Below are positions 54,826 to 63,904 of a stretch of 64,000 nt of DNA, in pieces. This DNA is from Acinetobacter phage vB_AbaM_14/CRR8: sequence record PV611675.1. The stretch is one strand, 5' to 3'. Within the stretch, counting starts at the first letter, position 1; the number at the start of each line of letters is the position of its first letter. Under the pieces are notes generated by a model that was not told the origin of the DNA, did no database searches, and was given only the letters and a program-made list of their open reading frames with translations. The translations under genes and the position numbers were made by a program.

Positions 54826-55066
54826 TGTCGATTTAAAATACGGCAGTCAATCTCTCTATAAGGTACTTGATGATGAAGATGGTCACAAGTACCTTATTCC
54901 TTTTCAGGAGTATGATGAGGTAAAGGCTCAATTTGATAATATTTTAGAAGCTCAAGATGATGATTTATATGATCAGTTGGAAAACCTCCTTGACACATAT
55001 GAAAAGTTGGAAGGTGCTGACTTTTTAGTAATACTGGAATCGGAGGTGGTTAGTGTCAGGGTTTAA
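54794..55066 (+). CDS. hypothetical protein (90 aa)
   Basis: ORF. Confidence 0.35.
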   Translation: MTLGMRIMTINVDLKYGSQSLYKVLDDEDGHKYLIPFQEYDEVKAQFDNILEAQDDDLYDQLENLLDTYEKLEGADFLVILESEVVSVRV

Positions 55067-56369
55067 GATGCGAAAGGTGTCAGAGGAAGTAAAACAATAT
55101 TATGTACATGAAATTGATTTCCCAGTTTATAAAAAGCGTGAAAAAGTTCTTTTAATCGATGCTGATATCTTAGCATTCAAAGTCTCTTCAGTTTGTGAAT
55201 CAAGATTCAGATTTACACATAAAGAAGACCCTGATGAGGTTTATCTAGCGAAATCCATTAAAGAGTTCCAAGGCTTCCTTGAAGACGAGAAGGCCCGTTC
55301 TGCTCGTAAAGTTGAACGTATTAGTAAGAAGATGATGGAAGCTCGTCATTCTGATGATACCGAAGCTTACGAGAAGCATAAGAAGAATCTTGCCAAAGCT
55401 CGTGAAGTATTCCAAAATTGCTATGAGTTTGAAGATTTTGAACGTGAAGATGTTCAGATCGCTGATCCTTTTGAGTATTGTGCAAAAACATTGAAGGATG
55501 CTCTGGAAAGAGTACTTAAGATGTTGAGAATCAAAAAGTTTGAGATGTATGTAGGTGGTGATGAAAACTTCCGATCTAAACTACCTCTTGTTGAAGAGTA
55601 TAAAGTGTCTGTACGTAAAGATGGTATTCGACCTATACACCTAACTGCTGCCAAAGAATTTTTAATGAAGAAGTATGGGGCAATTAAGGTTAAAGGTATT
55701 GAGGCTGATGACGTATTGCAGATGAGACAATATCAATTACACAAAGCTGGTGTTGATGTGGTCATGTACTCTAATGATAAAGACCGTAAGCAAGGCTGGT
55801 ATGGTAAGTACTATAATCCAGACAGTGAGTCTCTAGAAGTCTTAGATTCTTATTTAGGCACAATCAACGAGAAGGGTAAGGGTTGTGGTCTTAAATGGTT
55901 ATTGTTCCAAATGTCACAAGGTGATCCAGTCGATGGGTACTCGCCTAAAGCATGGTACGATAAAACGCATTATAAGCGTGGCTATGGGCCGAAAGGGTTT
56001 TATAATGACTTTGGTCACATCGAATGTGAAAAAGAGCTTCTGGAGCATTTCATAGTAGTTCACCGTGATAGATTACTCACTCAGGAAATTTATGAGTGGA
56101 CAACTTGGGATAAACGTCGAGTAAAATCAAATTGGCTAGGCATCATTGAGTTGATGTTCTCTTGTGCTTACATGAAGCTTGAGGTTGATGACCAGCGTAC
56201 ATTTAGATCATTGTGTCAAGAACACGGTGTGGATGCTGGAGAATTAATCTGGGATGTTTGCCATGAGTGGGACATTCCAACTGAGGAATTAGGGTGTGTT
56301 CAGAAGGTCGTTAAGGAGGTCTTAGATGAGGCAATTGAGGAAGGGGTCCTTCAAAGATCAAGTGATTAA
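55053..56369 (+). CDS. 5'-3' exonuclease or flap endonuclease (FEN/T7 gp6/T4 RNase H-like, 438 aa)
   Basis: N-terminal VLLIDADILAFKV and the KGIEADDVL motif, matching the EADDxIA signature of 5' nucleases; GGAGG then GTG start. Confidence 0.7.
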   Translation: MSGFKMRKVSEEVKQYYVHEIDFPVYKKREKVLLIDADILAFKVSSVCESRFRFTHKEDPDEVYLAKSIKEFQGFLEDEKARSARKVERISKKMMEARHSDDTEAYEKHKKNLAKAREVFQNCYEFEDFEREDVQIADPFEYCAKTLKDALERVLKMLRIKKFEMYVGGDENFRSKLPLVEEYKVSVRKDGIRPIHLTAAKEFLMKKYGAIKVKGIEADDVLQMRQYQLHKAGVDVVMYSNDKDRKQGWYGKYYNPDSESLEVLDSYLGTINEKGKGCGLKWLLFQMSQGDPVDGYSPKAWYDKTHYKRGYGPKGFYNDFGHIECEKELLEHFIVVHRDRLLTQEIYEWTTWDKRRVKSNWLGIIELMFSCAYMKLEVDDQRTFRSLCQEHGVDAGELIWDVCHEWDIPTEELGCVQKVVKEVLDEAIEEGVLQRSSD

Positions 56370-56973
56370 GTTCCCTTATGATTCATGGAAGTTGCTTAAT
56401 GACCAAGCTGATGCAGTAGCTGAGTGCTTTAGGTTAATGAGAGATTGGGAGGAACCAAATTTGACAGCCCAACTAGGGATTAAAGCAGATTTAGTAACTA
56501 TGGGAAATCATGTACATCATGGTACAGATAACCCATTCATTACAACAACTTCAGGAGAGGTATTTATGTATAGTGATGCTATTAGAGACTCTAATATTAG
56601 TGGTTTAGGTTTACCTACCCGTAGAGGTATTGAAAACACTTTTATTTCAAGCATTTCGGGTGGAGTTGTGTCGATTTCAGGCAAAGTTCATCGTGAATGT
56701 CCACCAAACAAAGTTGTCAAGTATACACAACTGGTTTGGAATATCGCCAAATCTACACGAGATAATTTGGCAGACATGGTGGTTAATGACTACTATAGAA
56801 TTTCAGGTAAATCTGTAGTTCAATTATTGGAAAATGCGACACCTGAACGTTTTGAACTTGAAATTTGGTTTGAGGATGATCGTAAATTCCATATATATCG
56901 AGATGATAAACGAATTTTTGAGAGTAAATCTGCTAAAGAGACTGCTGCATTTATTGAGGGTGGGCTTAAGTAA
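56326..56973 (+). CDS. hypothetical protein (215 aa)
   Basis: AAGGAGG RBS. Confidence 0.45.
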   Translation: MRQLRKGSFKDQVIKFPYDSWKLLNDQADAVAECFRLMRDWEEPNLTAQLGIKADLVTMGNHVHHGTDNPFITTTSGEVFMYSDAIRDSNISGLGLPTRRGIENTFISSISGGVVSISGKVHRECPPNKVVKYTQLVWNIAKSTRDNLADMVVNDYYRISGKSVVQLLENATPERFELEIWFEDDRKFHIYRDDKRIFESKSAKETAAFIEGGLK

Positions 56974-57590
56974 TGGATTTCGGAATTGTTCAAGAGGAAA
57001 CTAAGGGTAAATCGATAGATTTCTCCAAGGTGTCTGATAAAGACCTCAAGCAATTTCTCACCTGCACTAAGCATGTATTTAAATCTGAGTCGGCATTTTT
57101 TACTTGGGTTCGTAGTGGTTTAAGACAAGGTCTTTGGATGAAACACCCGATCAAGATGGAAATGCTCAATTCTCAGAGATATAAGATCAAGAACCCTAGA
57201 CCAAATCCACGTAAAGGTTCAGAGTTGGTGTGGGGTTATGATTGTGCATGTTGTGGTGGTCAATTTACAGCACCAAACGTAGAAGTTGATCATATTGTTG
57301 GTGAACACAGTTTGAAGACAATTGAAGATGTAGTTACTTTCTTTAAGAAAATTATGTTAGTGACTCCATCCGATTTACAAATTGTTTGTAAAGAATGTCA
57401 TGCTATCAAAACTTATGCTGAGCGATATGGTGTTTCTGAGAAGAAAGCAAGAGCTATTAAGAAAGCTATCGCTGCTGTTAAAGATGGCATACATCAAGAG
57501 GAACTTGAGAGGTTAGGTGTTAAGAAATTAGTACCTAAGACAAAGGCTAGAGATATGCTTGCCGATCTCTATGAAAGAGAGGATACATAA
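56973..57590 (+). CDS. HNH endonuclease (205 aa)
   Basis: CACCGG...EVDHIVGEH...CKECHAIKT, a zinc-liganded HNH motif. Confidence 0.65.
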   Translation: MDFGIVQEETKGKSIDFSKVSDKDLKQFLTCTKHVFKSESAFFTWVRSGLRQGLWMKHPIKMEMLNSQRYKIKNPRPNPRKGSELVWGYDCACCGGQFTAPNVEVDHIVGEHSLKTIEDVVTFFKKIMLVTPSDLQIVCKECHAIKTYAERYGVSEKKARAIKKAIAAVKDGIHQEELERLGVKKLVPKTKARDMLADLYEREDT

Positions 57591-58786
57591 TGTACGACTA
57601 CTGGCCTCAATGTAGTCTCTATCACCAGCGATATTACATTCAACATGCTAAGGATATGGAATACAAACATGGCTTGGTAGTTGGCGGTAAATATAGAAGG
57701 AAGACAGGGGAGTTATATTTCTTTAGCCACCAGTATCTATGTGATTTCTTTTACATAAATGCTGAAACTATGCGTAAAGAACACGACTACCCTTCCAACT
57801 TCGTCGTAGAGGAGGATACTTTGAAGGTATTTGAAGAATTAAAACATTGGAAACAGAAGGCATTATACATGCATATGTTCCAAGGAAAAACTGGAGCACA
57901 TATTAGTAGGGAATTGAATATTCCTGAACGTACTGTACAAGATAACCTTAAAAAGCTTAAAGGTAAGATTCGTATTGAGGATATCTATGATCCAGATAAT
58001 GTAGGCAAAAATATTGTTAATGGAGCCAAGATTCTATTCCATGATATTGAAACATCATTGGCGGTATCTTACCACTTTGGACAATGGCAACAAAATTTAG
58101 GTATTAAGCAACAAGTATTTGAAAGTCATTTACTATCACACTCATGGGCTTGGAATGATGGAGAGGTTAAAGGCTCTATCTTAACTCGTGAAGAGGTTCT
58201 TAAACGAGATGATAGCCGATTGGTTATGGAAGTCTGGGCTTTACTAGATGAATGTGATGTTTATGTTGCACACAATGGCAAGAAGTTTGATGTGAAGAAA
58301 TTGAATGGTTTCTTCCTGAAACACGGTCTCCCACCTCCTTCACCATACAAGGTTGTAGATACACTGCAAATTTCTCGTAATAAGTTTGGACTCCCATTCC
58401 ATAATCTGGCATACTTAGCTAAATTCCTAGATGTTACTCGTAAGATTGACAACTCAGGTATTGAGCTTTGGATTAGTTGTGCTCAAGGTGATCAGGAAGC
58501 TCTTGATGAAATGTTAGAATATAACATTGGTGATATTGTAACTTTACGTGAGGTTTATTACAAAATCATTGGTTGGGATAATAACGGTGTCAATATGGCA
58601 TTGTATCAGCCAGTACAAGGTCTTGTTTGTACGCATTGTGGTAATAACGAGATGATTAGGTTGGTTGGTAAGACAGCTACAACTGTACAGATGAAGTATA
58701 ATGTGTATAGATGTACAAGCTGTAAAGCCCCACACCGTGGAAATACTTTGAATGGTGAAGATACTAAACTGTATCGTATTATCTAA
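57590..58786 (+). CDS. HTH (sigma region 4/LuxR-like) plus DEDDy 3'-5' exonuclease plus C-terminal zinc-ribbon protein (398 aa)
   Basis: HTH: KALYMHMFQGKTGAHISRELNIPERTVQDNLKKL; exonuclease motifs ILFHDIETS, VAHNGKKFDVKKL and YNIGDIVTLREVYY; zinc ribbon CTHCGN...CTSC. Confidence 0.55.
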   Translation: MYDYWPQCSLYHQRYYIQHAKDMEYKHGLVVGGKYRRKTGELYFFSHQYLCDFFYINAETMRKEHDYPSNFVVEEDTLKVFEELKHWKQKALYMHMFQGKTGAHISRELNIPERTVQDNLKKLKGKIRIEDIYDPDNVGKNIVNGAKILFHDIETSLAVSYHFGQWQQNLGIKQQVFESHLLSHSWAWNDGEVKGSILTREEVLKRDDSRLVMEVWALLDECDVYVAHNGKKFDVKKLNGFFLKHGLPPPSPYKVVDTLQISRNKFGLPFHNLAYLAKFLDVTRKIDNSGIELWISCAQGDQEALDEMLEYNIGDIVTLREVYYKIIGWDNNGVNMALYQPVQGLVCTHCGNNEMIRLVGKTATTVQMKYNVYRCTSCKAPHRGNTLNGEDTKLYRII

Positions 58787-58811
58787 ATGATTGTTAATTA
58801 ATCAGTTTAGA

Positions 58812-58852
58812 GTTGAAATGGTGAGTTATTATGATATAATACTCACCTAAGT
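58812..58852 (+). promoter_or_regulatory. promoter-like element (TTGAAA, 16-nt spacer, TATAAT) embedded in a ggtgagt/actcacc hairpin
   Basis: read directly from the sequence. Confidence 0.35.
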
Positions 58853-58868
58853 TAATTTGGAGGATGTT

Positions 58869-59510
58869 ATGTCTAAGCATGTAGAATTTGGTGTTGAAGA
58901 GTTTAATAAGTTTTTGGAACAAGAGTTATATCCAGCTGTATTTGAATTTAATGGGGCATGTGGTAAAGACCCAGAGAAGGTTGAAGATATTGATGATGCA
59001 GCCGAAATGATTTTAAATGAATGTAAGCGTGTGATTGAAGAGTGTGATGAAACAATTGCAGCTTATAAAGCTCGTGATACAAAAGAGCGTTTGGATGGTG
59101 TTGTTGATGTGTATTGGACAAGTGCTCAGTTACAACGATTATTAGATGTGCTTATGGTGAAATTCCCTAATATTATTGCACACATGAAAGAGAATTATGA
59201 GTTTGACGAAGTTCTTCAGTTGAATCATGCTCTTGGTTTGTTCCCTATTGCAATTACGTTAGGTCAAGGTACAATCCTTTCTGGTCATCGTATTGCATTG
59301 GCAGCACGTCGAATTATTGCAAACAACAAACAGAAGTATACCTCTAATATTGAAGAGGCTCTTGACTGGGAGAAACATCGACCTGCTGGTGTTGTACTGC
59401 GTAAGTATGAATATAATGGTCAAGAGTTTTATTGTTTGAAACGTACATCTGATGATTATGTTGTTAAGCCTCATACATTTGAGGATGTAAAATTAGGGGA
59501 CTTAGTATGA
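58869..59510 (+). CDS. MazG-like all-alpha nucleotide pyrophosphohydrolase candidate (213 aa)
   Basis: E/D-rich helical motifs (VEEFNKFLEQE, ECDETIAAYKARD, LDGVVDVYW); weak assignment. Confidence 0.3.
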   Translation: MSKHVEFGVEEFNKFLEQELYPAVFEFNGACGKDPEKVEDIDDAAEMILNECKRVIEECDETIAAYKARDTKERLDGVVDVYWTSAQLQRLLDVLMVKFPNIIAHMKENYEFDEVLQLNHALGLFPIAITLGQGTILSGHRIALAARRIIANNKQKYTSNIEEALDWEKHRPAGVVLRKYEYNGQEFYCLKRTSDDYVVKPHTFEDVKLGDLV

Positions 59511-59890
59511 CAAAGAAGTTGGTACGAGGTCCAGACAGAATACCGCCACCAGAACGTCAAGTAAGCTTTAGTGAGTTGACAGTTGGTGACAAGAAGATTG
59601 AACTTGTCCTCGAAAAATGTGGTGTGGATTTTGTATTGGAGAAACTTTGGGGGTTTGACACTAAACATAAGAGTGGCACACCTGAAGGGTTTTATGAAGT
59701 TAAAGAATGTCAACATAGGAATCGTGATGGAAAAATCGTCACTGGTAAACTTTATATTGGAGTCGAGAGACTTGATGATGAGTGGATTTTACAAGGCGCA
59801 CCGTCCGAAAAAGCTAAGTTGGCTGCAAAGCAAGATTTGTCACTGTACAGAGAACTTTCTAGTATGAGTCGATCAATACAGTCTTGCTAA
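59507..59890 (+). CDS. hypothetical protein (127 aa)
   Basis: AGGGGA RBS. Confidence 0.4.
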   Translation: MTKKLVRGPDRIPPPERQVSFSELTVGDKKIELVLEKCGVDFVLEKLWGFDTKHKSGTPEGFYEVKECQHRNRDGKIVTGKLYIGVERLDDEWILQGAPSEKAKLAAKQDLSLYRELSSMSRSIQSC

Positions 59891-59895
59891 ATGTG

Positions 59896-59921
59896 ATCCA
59901 GCCTTAGTGCTGGATTTTTTG
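59896..59921 (+). terminator. rho-independent terminator
   Basis: atccagc-cttagt-gctggat hairpin followed by tttttt. Confidence 0.7.
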
Positions 59922-59939
59922 TTATATAGGAGTAATAAA

Positions 59940-62846
59940 TTGTCAGGAAAATATACATCAATCTTAATGCAAGAAACGAACTCATATGTTGATAGATTCC
60001 CACAGTTCGTTGATGCAATCACATTCCAAAAGGAGGATTTATTCTGGACTGAGAAAGAAATCAAAGTAGAGAAAGATGAACAAGACTTAAAGCATAACAT
60101 CTTGCATTCTCAAGTTCATGCTCTTATGTTTAACCAACGACTATTCACTAAGTATGAGGATGTCATTGGAAATGATTACTGGATCGGTGTTGTACACAAG
60201 AAATACAAATGTCAAGAGATTCGTCGACTAGCCATTTGTTTTGCTGATGTGGAGAATAATATTCACTTCCCATTCTACCGTCGAGTGAATGAAGTGCTGG
60301 GAACTCATAATGATGAGTTCTATGATGCATTTGAAACAGACCCTATCTTGGTTGAACGTGTCAAATTCATGCAAGAGTTGGTGGCATCGAAAGATACACT
60401 AGCATCAATGGGTGGTTTTGCTTTCATGGAAGGTGCAGTATTATTTACAGCATTTGCTATGATTAAGTCTCTTGGTGTTAAAGGTCAGTCATTTATGCCT
60501 AACTTGATTTCAGGCATTAACATGTCGATCCTTGATGAGAATTTCCACATGCAGACAGCTTGTGAGATTTTCCGCACACAGTTAGAGTTAGAGAATCGTA
60601 CAGAAGAGGATATTAGAAAACTTAAAGAGGATATCTTTAAGCATGCACAGAACGTTTTAGAGCATGAGTACATTATCATTAACGCTATGTTAGCTGAAGG
60701 GGATATTCCTTTTGCTTCTAAAAAGGAACTTCAAGCTTTTGCTCGACATCGTGTTAACGTAGTTTTAACAACTCTTGGATTCCCAGAGTTAGCTACATTT
60801 GATGAGACTGATGATACTATCTCAGAATGGTTCTATGAGTTCATGGGTGGTTATACAAGTAATGATAATTTCTATTCTCGTGGTCGTAACTACAAGAAAG
60901 AGTTCTCTGCTGTTGACTACGACATTATCTCAAATGGTGCTGTTGAAGAAGTCCTTGCACAAATCCCTGATGAGTATTTAGATCAAATGGGCATTGACTT
61001 GAATCGTAAGTTTGAAAAGACTTTAGAAGAAGAGTTGGAAGCCCAACGACCTAAACGTAAGAAGCACAACAATGCTGAGGATGCTTTATATGTTCCAGAC
61101 TATAGTCGTGAACGTAAAGAGATGCAAGCACGTGGTGAAGCTCCTGAGTGGATGGCAACGGCTGGATGGCAGCTATTTAAGAAGAAATACCTCAATGGTG
61201 ATGCTAAAACTCCTAGAGATCAGTACATGCGAATTGCTGAGTGTTTGGCACAGTATGCACCTAAATCTTACCCTTCTTGGTGGAATGAGATTGACTACTG
61301 GAAAGGTAAAACATGGAAAGATGCATTCTTCCAGATCATGTGGGATGGCTTCTTAAGTCCTTCGACTCCTGTACTCTCTAACACAGGTACAGATTTTGGT
61401 ATGTCAGTGTCGTGTTCTGGTGCTGTGACTGAAGATAGTGTTGCTGGCTTCTATGATGCTCGTAAGATTAACGCTTTACTTTCTAAGGAAGGTTTTGGTA
61501 CTACGATTGATTTAGATCGTGTACGTGGACGTGGTAAGCCTATGAAGGGCGGTATCGCAAATGGTGCTCTCCCTGTGGCTCGTATGTTCCGTCAAGATGC
61601 TTTAGATATCAGTCAAGGCTCTCAGCGTCGAGGTGCTACTGCTTGGTACTACAACGTAGAAGGTTTAGACTTTGATGAGTTATTGCACTTCTTAGAATAC
61701 GACACTGATGGTAACAATGGTGGTTGGAAAATTACCAACGAACTTATCAACCGTGTTCTTGTTGGTGATACATTAGCCATTGAACGTATGAACAAAATTT
61801 TAGCTGTACGTCACCATGTCGGTCTAGGCTATGAATTGTTTATTGATAAAGTAAACGCTCGTCGTCCTAAGATGTATAAAGATCGTGGTATGATGGTTAC
61901 TACAAGTAACTTATGTACTGAGATTACACTGTTTAGTGATCCAAAACATACATTTACATGTGTGTTGTCAAGTGAGAACTTAGTACGTTTTGATGATCGT
62001 CCAAAGAACTTGGCATTCGTTGGTACAGTATTCCTTGACTGTGTGGCTGAAGACTTCATTCAGAAAGGTTCTAAGATCGAAGGTCTTGAAACTGCTGTTG
62101 AATTCACTAAGAAAGGTCGTGCTCTTGGTTATGGTACAATGGGCTTCGCTTCATACTTAATGCGTAACAACATCGAGTATGGCTCAATGGAATCATTCTG
62201 GAAGAATAAGAAGATTTACTCTACTATTGAAGCGGAAACAAAAGCAGCTTCTCGATGGTTAGCTAAAGAACTTGGTGAACCAGAATGGTGTGAAGGTTAC
62301 GGTGTTCGTAATACTCACTTGATGGCTATCGCTCCAACTAAGTCTACTGGCTTATTGATGGGTGGTGACTCAGAAGGAATCAACGTTCCATCTGCATTTG
62401 TATTCGCACAAGATACACCTGCTGGTACAGTATTCCGTATTGATCCATCATTCTTGTTACTGTTGAAGCGTAAAGGATTATACAACATTGATCCTGAGAC
62501 TAAGCGTATCACACCTGAAACAGAAGCCTTGTTGAAACGTGTGTCAGATAATTTAGGTAGTGTGCAAACATTAACTGATGTTCTGACAGATAAAGAACGT
62601 GCTGTGTTCAAGACAGCTTATGAAATTAACCAGTACCGTCATATTGATTTGTGTGCTCAGCGTCAAGAACATATTGACCAAGCTCAATCGATCAATTTAT
62701 TCATTGCGAATATGTCGGCTCAAGAGATTTCTAAGTTGTATATGTACGCTGCACTTAACCCTAACATTTTGAGTCTTTACTACCATACTGGTATTCGAGA
62801 TTCACGTATTGGAGAGAGTAAAAATGAATGCGAATCATGTATGTGA
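59940..62846 (+). CDS. class I ribonucleotide reductase, single polypeptide with N-terminal R2 (NrdB-like) domain fused to a cone-less R1 (NrdA-like) catalytic domain (about 968 aa, TTG start after AGGAG)
   Basis: R2 motifs VENNIHFPFY (E-x-x-H-x-x-x-Y), FMEGAVLF and ILDENFH; R1 motifs GMSVSCSG, SNLCTEI, LSLYYH and C-terminal CESC. Confidence 0.75.
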   Translation: MSGKYTSILMQETNSYVDRFPQFVDAITFQKEDLFWTEKEIKVEKDEQDLKHNILHSQVHALMFNQRLFTKYEDVIGNDYWIGVVHKKYKCQEIRRLAICFADVENNIHFPFYRRVNEVLGTHNDEFYDAFETDPILVERVKFMQELVASKDTLASMGGFAFMEGAVLFTAFAMIKSLGVKGQSFMPNLISGINMSILDENFHMQTACEIFRTQLELENRTEEDIRKLKEDIFKHAQNVLEHEYIIINAMLAEGDIPFASKKELQAFARHRVNVVLTTLGFPELATFDETDDTISEWFYEFMGGYTSNDNFYSRGRNYKKEFSAVDYDIISNGAVEEVLAQIPDEYLDQMGIDLNRKFEKTLEEELEAQRPKRKKHNNAEDALYVPDYSRERKEMQARGEAPEWMATAGWQLFKKKYLNGDAKTPRDQYMRIAECLAQYAPKSYPSWWNEIDYWKGKTWKDAFFQIMWDGFLSPSTPVLSNTGTDFGMSVSCSGAVTEDSVAGFYDARKINALLSKEGFGTTIDLDRVRGRGKPMKGGIANGALPVARMFRQDALDISQGSQRRGATAWYYNVEGLDFDELLHFLEYDTDGNNGGWKITNELINRVLVGDTLAIERMNKILAVRHHVGLGYELFIDKVNARRPKMYKDRGMMVTTSNLCTEITLFSDPKHTFTCVLSSENLVRFDDRPKNLAFVGTVFLDCVAEDFIQKGSKIEGLETAVEFTKKGRALGYGTMGFASYLMRNNIEYGSMESFWKNKKIYSTIEAETKAASRWLAKELGEPEWCEGYGVRNTHLMAIAPTKSTGLLMGGDSEGINVPSAFVFAQDTPAGTVFRIDPSFLLLLKRKGLYNIDPETKRITPETEALLKRVSDNLGSVQTLTDVLTDKERAVFKTAYEINQYRHIDLCAQRQEHIDQAQSINLFIANMSAQEISKLYMYAALNPNILSLYYHTGIRDSRIGESKNECESCM

Positions 62847-62939
62847 TATGTACGGACTTGGCAAAGAAGGTTGGTATGGAAAAGAAGCTTGGGACTTGTA
62901 AAAAAGTTGTTGACAAGCTAAAAAGTAATCATTAATATA

Positions 62940-62970
62940 GGGACATGTCTTAGGGCGTGTCCCTTTTTTA
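62940..62970 (+). terminator. rho-independent terminator
   Basis: gggacatg-loop-cgtgtccc hairpin followed by ttttttat. Confidence 0.65.
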
Positions 62971-62983
62971 TTGTGAGGTGATT

Positions 62984-63244
62984 ATGGGCTGGTTAAAAGC
63001 TAAGAAACAAATGGTTATAACCATAGGTGAAAATATCTACAAGGTTATTGAATTACGTAGAGATGATGGTAAGCTTTCAAAACTTCGTTTAAATCGTGTT
63101 GTTAATGGAGAGGTGGTCCCTTACATCCACAAATACATAACACTTAATGATGCTTGTTCAATCTATATTGATGGTGTGATTCGATATAAAGTTCAAATGG
63201 AAGATGGTAGCATAGGTTTTATTTCTGCTGGAGCAATACAATGA
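62984..63244 (+). CDS. hypothetical protein (86 aa)
   Basis: GAGGTG RBS. Confidence 0.4.
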   Translation: MGWLKAKKQMVITIGENIYKVIELRRDDGKLSKLRLNRVVNGEVVPYIHKYITLNDACSIYIDGVIRYKVQMEDGSIGFISAGAIQ

Positions 63245-63903
63245 GTCTAATTGGTCGATGGTTTAAGGTAGTTGATGATCGTAAAATGCATGATCTGGAA
63301 ATCCTTAATGGTGATATCTTAAAGGTTCAAGATGAACATAAAGATGTATCTTGGGGTTACGGAGCAACTAAGGTTGAGTGTGTTCGTGGTGGTGAGAGTA
63401 GAGTTCTAACACTTTCAAGATTCAGTGGGTATTGGTGCTACTTTTCTGAAGGTATGATTAAAAAAGGTGAATTGGTTGAGGTCGAGCCTACATTTGAAGA
63501 TGATCAGAAGTCTGATGAAACAGAGTATTTGATGAAAGGTAAGAACGGTGAAAGATTGGCTGAATCTGTTAAAAACATTCGAAGTAAATCATACCTTCAT
63601 GCTCATGGTGTTGAATCTCTAGAAGATCGATACAACAACTGGATTGTTGAAAATATCCATGTGTACGAATTATTCTGTGAATTTGCGATCAAAGCTATTC
63701 AATCAGGTAAGAAAAAGATTTCTCATTGGTTGATTGTAAATCGCTTACGTTGGGAAGTGGAGATTGAAACTAAAGGGACATGTTATCAAGACAAAGACTT
63801 TAAAATCTCAAATGATTATATCGCTTTCTTGGCTCGTGACTTCATGAAAGATTATCCACAATATGGTGAGGTATTTACCATCAAGCAGATGAAGCGAGTA
63901 TAA
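63241..63903 (+). CDS. hypothetical protein (220 aa)
   Basis: GGAG RBS; ATGA overlap. Confidence 0.45.
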   Translation: MSLIGRWFKVVDDRKMHDLEILNGDILKVQDEHKDVSWGYGATKVECVRGGESRVLTLSRFSGYWCYFSEGMIKKGELVEVEPTFEDDQKSDETEYLMKGKNGERLAESVKNIRSKSYLHAHGVESLEDRYNNWIVENIHVYELFCEFAIKAIQSGKKKISHWLIVNRLRWEVEIETKGTCYQDKDFKISNDYIAFLARDFMKDYPQYGEVFTIKQMKRV

Positions 63904-63904
63904 T

